DNA of 48,468 nt. Source: Octopus bimaculoides. Its lineage: Eukaryota. Positions 1 to 11,650 of the stretch are shown in pieces. Position 1 is the stretch's first letter, and each line of letters opens with the position of its first letter. Position numbers and translations under genes: made by a program. The stretch covers positions 9,521,739 to 9,570,206 of the forward strand of contig NC_069004.1 of NCBI RefSeq assembly GCF_001194135.2. Direction: 5' to 3'. The notes beneath the pieces were generated by a model, which was not told the origin of the DNA, made no database searches, and was given only the letters and a program-made list of their open reading frames with translations.

Positions 1-334
1 GAACGCAGTGGCAGACGAAATACCGCTAAGCATTTAGTCCGGCGTGTTAACGATTCTGCCAGCTCACCGCCTTATTCGCTGCTTTAATTATAACAGTAAT
101 GGTTTTAAATTTTGGTACAAGGCCAGCTGTTTTGAGGGAAAGAGAGCAAGCGATTATATCGACCTCAATACTTAACTAGTATTTTGTTTTGTCAACCCCG
201 TAAGGATGAAAGGCAATGTTGACCCCAGTGGAATTTAAATTCAGGGCGTAAACAGCGAGAAGAAATACCGCTAACCATTTTAACTGATTCTTCCAACGCA
301 GCAACTTTAATTCAACATGCATCAACAGCTGGAT

Positions 335-522
335 TCATCGTCAGAGTTGTATCCCAGTGTCATAGGGTGTTTTAGGTTTCATGGCATTCACCCTCATTCA
401 AGCGATCCGACCTTGGTTGACCACACTTAGGCTTGTGTCCAAACCTCATTCTTCTGGTCTTATCGATCGCCTCTTTTCAACCAGAGCCATCTAGATGCTG
501 TCTTAGCTTCCTCTATGTTGTT
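335..522 (-). mobile_element. 3' end of an RLE-type non-LTR retrotransposon (NeSL/HERO-like): ORF tail plus 3' UTR
   Basis: Minus strand reads NIEEAKTASRWLWLKRGDR*, resembling the remembered C-terminus of HERO/NeSL ORFs. Confidence 0.55.
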
Positions 523-1078
523 GTTTTTTTTACATGGCTCGTTTTCTGTTTATTCCTTTAATGCTTAGAGTTCCATAGGCCTTACACAAGGTCAACCCTC
601 GATTACCAACCTCCACTGGCAAAAACTTCGTCTTCCCATAGTCCTAAGCCAATTTCTATTGTTTTTCTTATTAATAGAAGTTGTTGGGGAAAAAAACTTT
701 ACTGATAAATGCTATGAATCAGACGTCCTCTTCCCCAGTTATTTTAAACTGGGCTATGGTGAGAAAAAAAAAAAAAACAACGTCCGTATTTAGGGTACTT
801 CAAGCTTCGTAATACGATTGGCTGGTTTATCAAGGTAGAACGGTAAAGTAAACATGTTAATACGTGTCATGAATATCATTTGGTAAACTTTCGTTGGCCT
901 CGTTATTTCAGAGTTCTTAACATTGGGGAAATTTTAGTGTTTAGGGGAAGTGGGTTTTTTTTTCTTTGGTGGCGGGATGCAATTAGGGAAATTACGTTAA
1001 TAAATATATGCGCTGACATATTTGTGTGGTCAAGACGATTTCTTGGAAACCGCATAGTTCCGGGTTGAAGTATCAAGT

Positions 1079-1111
<33 letters not shown>

Positions 1112-1115
<4 letters not shown>

Positions 1116-1265
1116 GACGGGCTTCTTTCAGTTTCTGTCTACCAAATCCACTCACAAGGCTTTGGTCGGCCCGAGGCTATAGTAGAAGGTGCCACGCAGT
1201 GGCACTGAATCCAGGACCATGTGGTTGGTAAGCAAGCTATTTACCACACAGCCACTCCTGTGCCT
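1112..1265 (-). mobile_element. SINE family A, 5' half
   Basis: GGAGTGGCTGTGTGGTAA head through GAAGCCCGTCGTATA. Confidence 0.85.
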
Positions 1266-1559
1266 ATTATATATCTAAATTAAATGTCCTTGTCAAGTTT
1301 TGCCAAACGGTGTGCCTTTTCATTTCTGGTTTAATGTATGTATGTGTGTGTGCGTGCGTGTGTGTGTGTGCACGTATAGATAGATAGAGAGATTAAAACA
1401 TACATGCATACATTTATGCTTGTTGGGAGGGGTGGATCTACGGTTGTCCACTTATTGAAGAAATATGACGATCTTTGGCGATTAGAAACGGTTCTTTTTT
1501 TCATTTTTATTAATCAAAAAAGCAAATGTGTCGTGCATTCATATTTCACTCCTAAAGTT

Positions 1560-1960
1560 TAGTAAAATTTTAACGTAAACCAAATCATAACCTGGAATTT
1601 AGTTTGGCTGGATGTAACTGGACTCATAATTGTTGGGATTTTTCTTTTCGTGGTTGCTGGACGGATTGATGGCCGGACGGCCAGACGAATAGATGGAATT
1701 TTGGGATGCCAAGCCAAAAGCGTCTCCACTATGTAATTATAGTTTTTTTTTTTTTTTTTTGTGAGGCGGATTTAGTTCAAATCTAGTTTACCTTTTCATC
1801 CATTGCAAAACAGTTGAAAATAAAGTGTCTCCGAGTTATCTCCCTTACATCAGTTTACGATTTTGAGTCTCTAAATTATCTCCCTTATTTTCATTTCTTT
1901 TTGTTATTCGCTTTCTCCGTATGGTGCTGGAATGCAAGAGAGATTTAACACGGTTGCACG
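1560..1960. mobile_element. Possible Helentron/HINE-like non-autonomous repeat
   Basis: Degenerate GGAC tetramers, a T-run and a duplicated TTATCTCCCTTA motif; family call from memory only. Confidence 0.3.
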
Positions 1961-2319
1961 TTTTGTTAACCAATATCGTTGATATGGATATTTTCTTTAC
2001 GCTCTTCAAAATTCATCAATTTATTGACATCAAATAAAGTCTAATATAGTGGGGCGAGGGATAGAATTGATAATTGGGCCAAAATGAGTTAACTTCTATT
2101 TCTCATTTTCTTTCTACTTGTTTGAAACCATTACATTGCAGGTATTGCATCATCATTTTGTTCTGTTACATCATCCTTGGGAGTAAGCATTGGTCAGCAT
2201 AGTTGATGTTGAAGCTGAGAGAGTTTGAATTCGAAACATAGTCAAGTGGCACGTTCTCTTTTTTCAAGAAATTTTTCCTCAAACTTGAACCGATTGTAAT
2301 TGAGGTTGCTAATGAAATA

Positions 2320-2730
2320 CCGTAAATCCTTGAGTATAGTCTGCCTTTGAGTATAATATGCAGGGGATTTTTAGGAGGCTGTACCTCTGAAAAACTTTAA
2401 CCTTGTGTATAATACGCACCCCTTCTCTAACTTGAGTCAAGGTGGTCTATATAACATCCTTGGTTTGTAAACGTATATACGGTAACTTCCTTTATTATTA
2501 TTGTATATATAACATAATGCAAACGTGTAGCTTTTTTGTGTACTTTGTTTGCAGAAAATAAAGAAATAACAGTAATAACGTCAGTGAAAAATAGATATTA
2601 AGTAAATTGCCTTTACATATTTATCACTTAGAAAATATTTTTCATTTTTAACCTCGTATATAGTACACACTGGAAATTTTGACCTTTAAATTTTGGGAAA
2701 AAAGTGCGGATTATACTCAAGGATTTACGG
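2320..2730. mobile_element. Tc1/mariner-superfamily MITE (Tc2/pogo-like TIR)
   Basis: TIR CCGTAAATCCTTGAGTATA(G/A)TC(T/C)GC at both ends, TA on both flanks, non-coding interior. Confidence 0.85.
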
Positions 2731-3830
2731 TATCNNNNNNNNNNNNNNNNNNNNNNNNNNNNNNNNNNNNNNNNNNNNNNNNNNNNNNNNNNNNNNNNNN
2801 NNNNNNNNNNNNNNNNNNNNNNNNNNNNNNNNNNNNNNNNNNNNNNNNNNNNNNNNNNNNNNNNNNNNNNNNNNNNNNNNNNNNNNNNNNNNNNNNNNNN
2901 NNNNNNNNNNNNNNNNNNNNNNNNNNNNNNNNNNNNNNNNNNNNNNNNNNNNNNNNNNNNNNNNNNNNNNNNNNNNNNNNNNNNNNNNNNNNNNNNNNNN
3001 NNNNNNNNNNNNNNNNNNNNNNNNNNNNNNNNNNNNNNNNNNNNNNNNNNNNNNNNNNNNNNNNNNNNNNNNNNNNNNNNNNNNNNNNNNNNCCCCCCCC
3101 CAACCAAAAGGATGAAAGGCAGAGTTGAGCATGGCAGCATTTGGACTCAGACTATAAAAAGAAATGTTCTTGAAGAAGAATGGTTTCAAATTTTTTTGGC
3201 ACTGGGCCTGCTGTATTTAGAAGAGAAATGAAAATCAGTAAGATCAATCCCCTGTATTTGATTGGTCCTTATTTCATTGATACCCAAAAGGATGACAGGC
3301 AAAATATGAACTCAGAATGTAAAGACGCATGGAATACTGCAACGCATTTTGCTTGCCATGTGTATGATTCTGCCAGCTTGCTGCCCACATGATGATCATA
3401 ATAATAATAATAATAATAATAATATTAATAATAATAATAATAATAATAATTTAGAAATGTTTGTTTCAGTCCAGAAGGCACTTGTCACATTATAAATTGA
3501 TTTCAGAGAAACATTGGTTTGTCTTTAACATNNNNNNNNNNNNNNNNNNNNNNNNNNNNNNNNNNNNNNNNNNNNNNNNNNNNNNNNNNNNNNNNNNNNN
3601 NNNNNNNNNNNNNNNNNNNNNNNNNNNNNNNNNNNNNNNNNNNNNNNNNNNNNNNNNNNNNNNNNNNNNNNNNNNNNNNNNNNNNNNNNNNNNNNNNNNN
3701 NNNNNNNNNNNNNNNNNNNNNNNNNNNNNNNNNNNNNNNNNNNNNNNNNNNNNNNNNNNNNNNNNNNNNNNNNNNNNNNNNNNNNNNNNNNNNNNNNNNN
3801 NNACATTGGTTTGTCTTTAACATTTTCCTT

Positions 3831-3983
3831 TCATTTTGCAATTATAATTGGCTCATTTTGTCCATCCTCTGACTGGGCCCATCTTTGTTCTTCTCCAGAT
3901 GCAAATATGAGGTAGAATACAGCACCGATAACATTGATTGCAACTGACAAGTAGAATACTTTGAGCCAGCCAAAATAGGGATC
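3831..3983 (-). CDS. SLC17A5-like: SLC17 exon 11 ([50 protein letters not shown])
   Basis: 153 nt ending in TGA. Confidence 0.93.
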   Translation of the reverse strand, partial: DPYFGWLKVFYLSVAINVIGAVFYLIFASGEEQRWAQSEDGQNEPIIIAK

Positions 3984-6072
3984 CTATTAAAAAAGAAAAA
4001 ACAAAAGAAAATATAATAATAATAATAATAATAATCCTTTCAGCCATTTTGGGGAAGGGGATGAATTGATTACATTGACCCCAGTGTGTAACTGGTACTT
4101 ATTTTATCGATCCCAAAAGGATGAAAGGCAAAGTCGGCCTCAGCGGAATTTGAACTCAGAACGTAAACACTGATGAAATACTGCTATGCATAGTGCCCGG
4201 CATGCTAACGATTCTGCCAGCTCACCACCTTATTAATGATAATACTACTACTAATAATAATAATTATAATAATAGAGGATGAGGATGTGTTTCATGCTTG
4301 TCCCTCTCCTCTCTCATTCTATTGTGTTAGCAGGAGAAAATATCTGAGCCACTGTGGTCTCAGACAAGGATTAATTAATTTCTTTCTTTGTACATGTCAT
4401 TATAGCCATCGATTCTCACTACAAGTTGGACATTTTAAACCCAGCACCCCATAAGGGTGTGACACATTTTAAATTTTTTGGTTTTAAAATTTATATTAAA
4501 TGAAACAATAAAAACAAAATGGTTGGAAATAATGTTATTAGTTGTATGGTTTTTACAACACATACACACACACACACACATACACATGTGGTATGCAGTG
4601 ATATGATTGTGTTTACACAAGGACTTATCATAGGGGGAAATTTCTGCTTTCTGCTATTTTTCTAAGGTCCAGAAATGGCTAGATCATAAGGTGGCCAGAT
4701 TTAAGAACTCCAACTTAGTACTTTTAAAGCCATCAATACTAACTACTGCTACAGTTACCAACACTAACTATTTGTATAGTCACTAAATGCCACATCTATT
4801 ATAGCAATCACTAACTATTGTAGCTATCAATAACCACTCTAATCTTGAATAGTAAGAATTCTATCTGTCTCCAGCCTCAAGGTTCTTTTAGCTGGAACTT
4901 ATCCCAGTTTTTGCAGTGTTTAAATGGCTGAGAGCACAAGACTCTCCCTTCAGCAATACTCTCTCCACCACACATACTCCTGAGTACCTTATATAAAAAT
5001 AGCCCATAATAAGTGGCAAGGGTTTATACAAACCTGAATATGAGTAAAGGCGCCAACAACACTCGGAGCTACAAAACCAGGAATTGTAGCAAAAGTATTT
5101 GATATTCCCATGAGAGTACCTGAAAGAAAATTATGGCATTTATTATTATTATTATTATTTATAGTCTTCTTTCACCCTTTAGCATTTAAACCATCCATAT
5201 CTGGCCCAAATCTTCTATCTGTTTTATGTTCAAACCAGCCAGATCTGGTTTCTCACATCTATCCTACATTGTCATTCTAAAAAAAAAAATTTTTAAATAA
5301 AAAAAATAGGCGTAGGAATGGCTGTGTGGTAAGTAGCTTGCTAACGAACCACATGGTTCCGGGTTCAGTCCCACTGTGTGGCACCTTGGGCAAGTGTCTT
5401 CTACTATAGTCTCGGGCCGACCAAAGCCTTGTGAGTGGATATGGTAGATGGAAAACTGAAAGAAGCCTGTCGTATATATGTATATATATATATGTGTGTG
5501 TGTATATGTTTGTCCCCCCCCCCCCAACATCGCTTGACAACCGATGCTGGTGTGTTTAGCGGTTCGTCAAAAGAGACCGATAGAATAAGTACTAGGCTTA
5601 CAAAGAATATATCCTGAGGTCAATTTGCTCGACTAAAGGTGGTGCTCCAGTATGGCCACAGTCTATTGACTGAAACAGGTAAAAGAGTAAAAGAGAGTGG
5701 CATCATTGCAATTTTGAAGCTATAAGATAATGGCATGATTAATTCAAAACAGTGTAAATAAACCAGAATTACATTTGACAAAATAATCTGAATACTAAAA
5801 GGGTTAAACCAGCATGGGCTTTACTTGTCTTCCTTCAGGGTCACTAACAAAATACAAAGAACAATGAATTAAAAAAAAAAACAACTCACCAGCAAAATTA
5901 GGTGCTATGTCTAAATGGTTGACTTGATATCCTCCCAAAGTAATTGCAGAAATGGCAATAGCCATGGTGACCATGGCTAGAGCCGCGTATCGGTCACAAC
6001 CAACATATTGGATGGTACCAAGTAAAATAGCTGATAGTATCAAACCTGTGGTTAATGCAAAGAAAAATTACA

Positions 6073-6103
<31 letters not shown>

Positions 6104-7355
6104 GCCCTGATGTAGTACCAGGCAGTGGCTCTCATGGCTTCTGATCTTAACTGATTGAAAGTGTTATCATGTACATTGTTTTGTCTTGGTATAAAAGATG
6201 GACTATAGCAAATATTCTGCTCAATACCACAAATTTGCTTGTCAGTTGGTTGACCTTAACCAGTTGAGCATGTCCCTTGGGGGCTGACGATATGTGCATC
6301 TCTGATCATGAGCAGAAGTAATGGGGGAGCATCATAACCATGTGTTGAGAGGAATTCTTTGGGAGTTGAATAATTCACTTTGGAAACATGGCTGTTTAGT
6401 TCAACGTCCTTAAACAACCCTTATTCATGGGCCTTTTGAGCAGGATGGGCTACTCGACCTCAAGAAAATTCTAACTTCACTTTTCCTTCTCCGCTGAGGT
6501 TGGGGTTGATAAAATAAGTACCAGCAGAGCACAGGGGTTGATATAATTGGTTTATTCCTTCCTCCAAAATTTGAAACCATCATCATTATTTTGGTTTGGT
6601 CTTATTCCTGGTAGGATTCATGTGGGTCCTATTTCATATGTTCATAAGATCCCTCCCTCACACACATACACACACACAACTGACTGCGCTTGGCTAAAGT
6701 CAATTTAGTACTGACCACCCACTTATACTGTTCTACAAAGGTGACCACCAAGCAGGGGTCATTATTGTCATTAATGTCTTTTAGGGTGACCCTCATGTTC
6801 CTTTGAGTCCAAATACTGTGAGATTAATCTATGGGTGTCCATTAACTTTTATTTTTTATTTGTTTCAGTCATTGGACTGTGGCCATGCTGGGGCATCATC
6901 TTGAAGACTTTTAGTTGAACAAATCGACTCCAGTCCCTCACCCCACAAATCTGGTATTTAGATAAACCAACACTGGTTGCCAAGCAATGGATATGGGACA
7001 ACCACAAAGATATATATGTATATACATTTTTTTAGACAACAGGATGTGGTTTTAAGTGAGATTTGGTTATCATTTCTAGCAGATTACATAACCACATATA
7101 TGACAATCAATGGTTGTGGTGCTGGTAGTGGTTGGTGGGGTGATGATGTAGCGTTACTCCTCAATAACAACAACAAAATCAATAACAGCAAGGACAATAG
7201 ATTGATGAAGTGCTTACCGGCTGTGTTCATGATTTTACGGGTGGTCGCAGTGGACAGGATTCCATTCTTTAACCAGTCAGCCACAAACCCTGTGATTGTC
7301 ATCAGAAGCCATAGCAGAAGATAGGGAATGGCTGAATATAAACTGTTCTGTTAAG

Positions 7356-7388
<33 letters not shown>

Positions 7389-7681
7389 GATGATGAGATA
7401 AGAGAGGTAGAGAGAAAGAGAGGGAAGGGCAGAGTGATAAAAAGACAAAGGCAGACTTGTGTGTGTGGATATATATGTCTGTGCATACATATTATAATAT
7501 GTATATTTGTATGCNNNNNNNNNNNNNNNNNNNNNNNNNNNNNNNNNNNNNTATATATATATATATATATATATGCCCCAGCATGGCTGCAATCAAATGA
7601 CTGAAACAAGTAAAAGAATAAAAGAATATATACATATATTATGTATACGTATATACACACATATGTGTGTATATACATACA

Positions 7682-7725
<44 letters not shown>

Positions 7726-7747
7726 CATACATATATTATGTGGACAT

Positions 7748-7782
<35 letters not shown>

Positions 7783-8572
7783 GACACACATACACACAGA
7801 GTGAAAGAAAGAAAGGAGAGAGAGAAAGACTGACAGGATGAGAGAGATAAATACGAGACAAGGGAACAGAGAGAGTGAGAGAAAGAAAAGGAGTAGCAGA
7901 AGTAACATTGGAGAGATAGTGATTGAATATAAGAAAGAAGTGCTTGCCTGGCTTATATCAAAATGGAGGACTGTCTTCATGTAGAGGGGCAGACTTGTGA
8001 GCATCAAATAGAAATTCCAGTTGAAAGTCACATGACCAACATTTATAGCCCAAACTCTGATTGATGTGAAGATGGAATACCATGGTGTTTTGAATTCCTA
8101 ATATATACACGAGAAAATTAGAACAGATTCCATAAATACATAAATACATAATACAAGTCAAAGACAGCATCAAAACTAGGAATTTAGGAATAATAATAAT
8201 AATAATTCTAACTGGGCCCCACCTGCGAGGTCATGCGCTGTTTATCTTGATATGAGACCACTATATCGCGCACACATGGTTGTAATGCATGTGCCTGGTG
8301 TACCCTTATCTATCACTTTGATGGCATGCACTGCTCTCTCACTCAATAATGATAATAATAATAATGGTTTCAAATTTTGGCACAAGGCCGGCAATTTTGG
8401 GGGTTGGGATAAGTTAATTACATCAACCCTAGTGCTCAGCTAATACTTATTATTTTATTGACCTCGAAAGGATGAAACATAACCTTGGTGAAATTAGAAA
8501 TCAAGATGTTAAGACATACGAAATACTGTGAAACATTTCGCCCAGTGTGTTAACAATTCTACAATAATAATG

Positions 8573-8614
<42 letters not shown>

Positions 8615-11226
8615 GGAAGAATGAACGTTTTACCTTTCTGGAGCCAACTGACGATTCTATGTATTGCTTTTCCTTTTCTGAAATCCAAGGATGGTCAGCT
8701 GGAGAGTTGGAAGCAATGAAGATCCATCCTATAAACCAGATAATTCCTCCGATTCCTTTGAGAAGATTTTAAAAAGAAAACAAAAGAACGTTCTTATTAA
8801 ATTATGCAAGAATAGAAATCCAATCATATAAGCTCTGCTCTGCTCTGGTCCTTTCTCTCATACTTTACCTCTCCCTACTCCTTATTTCCCAAGTACAAAA
8901 TGGTGATGTACAAGTCTGACTACTCTGAAAAATTGGCAAGTCTTATAAGTGATGGTAGCTTCAGCCTCATGAGTTCTAGAGTTCATGACACACATAACTA
9001 AAGTACGGTAGAGAGGCAGAAACAGGGATCTTGCTGCAGAGATTACATGACCATGGCCATCCAGACAGAAAATATGGTAAAACACTTACCAGGAACATAG
9101 AATATTGATGGCCATCCTCCAAATAGGTCAGAATTTGCTAAAACACCTGATATTGGCAGTGATAGAACCGTTCCCATATGTGCACCTGAAAAATTAAATG
9201 CAATGCAACTCATAAAATTCAGTTTCATTTTATTTTTTTAAAATTTAATTTTATATTCTAAAAAGGATGGGAAGCACATCTTATATCTTTAGATCCTCCC
9301 AGACAGATGCCAGGTCGCTGCAGATAATGTCCAGCTGGAATTTCTGGAGGTTGATGTCTGTAGGACAGAGTTTTTTTTTAATTTCAGGAGACTGTAGCTT
9401 TGGAGTGTGAGGAATAAACAAAGCGTTTAGTCTCCCATATAACCAATATGGGAGACAACTGCATACACATTTCTGGTTTTATCAGACCTCCTCAGCCAAT
9501 CAATGTACATAATGAAGGAGACATGGTACAATTACAAAGCAGATGTCCAATATTACAGATGAGATAGTGTGAAAATTAGAGTATTTAAAAGATAAATAAT
9601 TAAATCACTCAGAGACACCATTTACATAGAAAACAATAGCTAAGCAAATAAAATTAACATTGTGATAATTTTTTTAATGCTCACTACATTATGCAGGCTA
9701 ACATTAACTTGACTGTTGTTTTCCATGCACAGGATGTCTCTCAGTAATTAATCTTATCCAGGTCTGTAAAAGTAAGGAACAAAGCTCTGACTATTTGCTT
9801 GGCTCAACAACGAATTTTTAAAAAATACACTTCCTTAAATTTTGCAAAAAACTGTTTTCTCTGCAACTTGAAAGCAATTTTGTTTTGTTTTGCCCTCATC
9901 AGCGCCTGTAAGAGAAAGTACATTGGTCTGAGCCTCGATACAAAAAGGAGGATCCTCTGACTCTCTGCTAAGCCCTTCATTGCAAGGACTGCTTCCTCTG
10001 GGGCCCCAAAACAGGCTTGTATTTTTATTTCTTTATTGCCCACAAGGGGCTAAACATAGAGGGGGAAAACAAGGACAGACAAAGGGATTAAGTCGATTAG
10101 ATCGACTCCAGTGCGTAACTGGTACTTAATTTATCGACCCCGAAAGGATGAAAGGCAAAGTCGACCTCGGTGGAATTTGAACTCAGAACGTAACAGCAGA
10201 CGAAATACCGCTAAGCATTTCGCCCGGCGTGCTAACGATTCTGCCAGCTCGCCGCCTTGTATTCTGCCTAATCAAATATCTCTTTGAGGATTTATTGTTT
10301 CATTGTAATAATTTTGATTAACTCACCAGAATATGTGATGGTAGCTAAGGTGCTTCTCTCACGCATTGGAGACCATTTACCCAAGAGGTTATGCATCGCT
10401 GGGAATGTTACACCCTAGAACATTGCAACAAAGAATATTGAAGAACATTTTTTCTTATAACAAGGGAGATTTAAGTAAAAGTTAAATGATGAAAAAATCA
10501 GAAAAACAAACTGCTTTAGCAGTTAGCAGGAGCATAAACATATATATTATGTAAATGTATGCTATATATCTTATACGTATGTCTTATATAAAGGGTAAAG
10601 ACCACCTTCAGTCAGGAATGACCATGGGATTGCACCTGTAAAGTTACCCTCCGAGGCACAAGTCCAGGCAAAGTTGTTTATGGAAGACCAGCAGTCGCCC
10701 ATGCATACCAGGCTCCTCAGGCAGATATTTATTGAATGATGCATAATTTATTGTGCAACACGGCTGTTTGTTGTTTAATACTTACCTCAAAGAAACCTTG
10801 TGCAACTCTGATCACCACTAATGCAGTGAAGCTCCACCGAGCTGCTGCTGGAATGACTAAGGACAGGACAGCAGTTAAAACAATGCCTCCACCCAGCAAG
10901 TATTTGGCACCCTTCCACTTAGCAAGAACAGCACCGATGAACTGTGTACAAATGTATCCATAGAAGAAGGATCCAAGGATCAGTCCTTGCTGGTTGGAAT
11001 CCCAGTCGAACTCTCCAGTCTGGCGATGGAAAAGAATGAAATATCAAGAAAGAAACAATTATAAAAGAAATGTAGAAAAATATAAAGAAAAAAAATCTGC
11101 AGCAAAAATGTATATATATGTATTAAGGATAGACGTGTATATATGTAAAAGCATGTGTATGGACAAGTACATGTATACATGTACTAATACACACACACAT
11201 GTGTATGCATGTATATATATATATAT

Positions 11227-11260
<34 letters not shown>

Positions 11261-11402
11261 ATACGCACTTTAAGTCGAATTTACAACTGTATGAGTATGT
11301 ATAAAAAGTCGATTGCCTAATTTGTGTTAATATCTTAATCATCTTTTGTCTCAGGTTCAACCTAAGCACTTCTTAAACAGTTCTATATATTTCGTAAGAA
11401 AG

Positions 11403-11438
<36 letters not shown>

Positions 11439-11571
11439 ACACACAAATACACACACATATGCACACACACACATATATATATGCACATACATGCATACAA
11501 AAATACATATACATATATATATACATGCATGCATATATGTATATGCATGTGTATATACATACATATATACA

Positions 11572-11650
<79 letters not shown>

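Noticed and set aside
3511-3823. 21-bp direct repeat ACATTGGTTTGTCTTTAACAT on both sides of a gap; similar duplication around the 21518-21640 gap
   Set aside because: Most likely unmerged contig overlaps, not biological duplications.
2628-3872. ORFs spanning N runs
   Set aside because: They are artefacts of untranslatable gaps.
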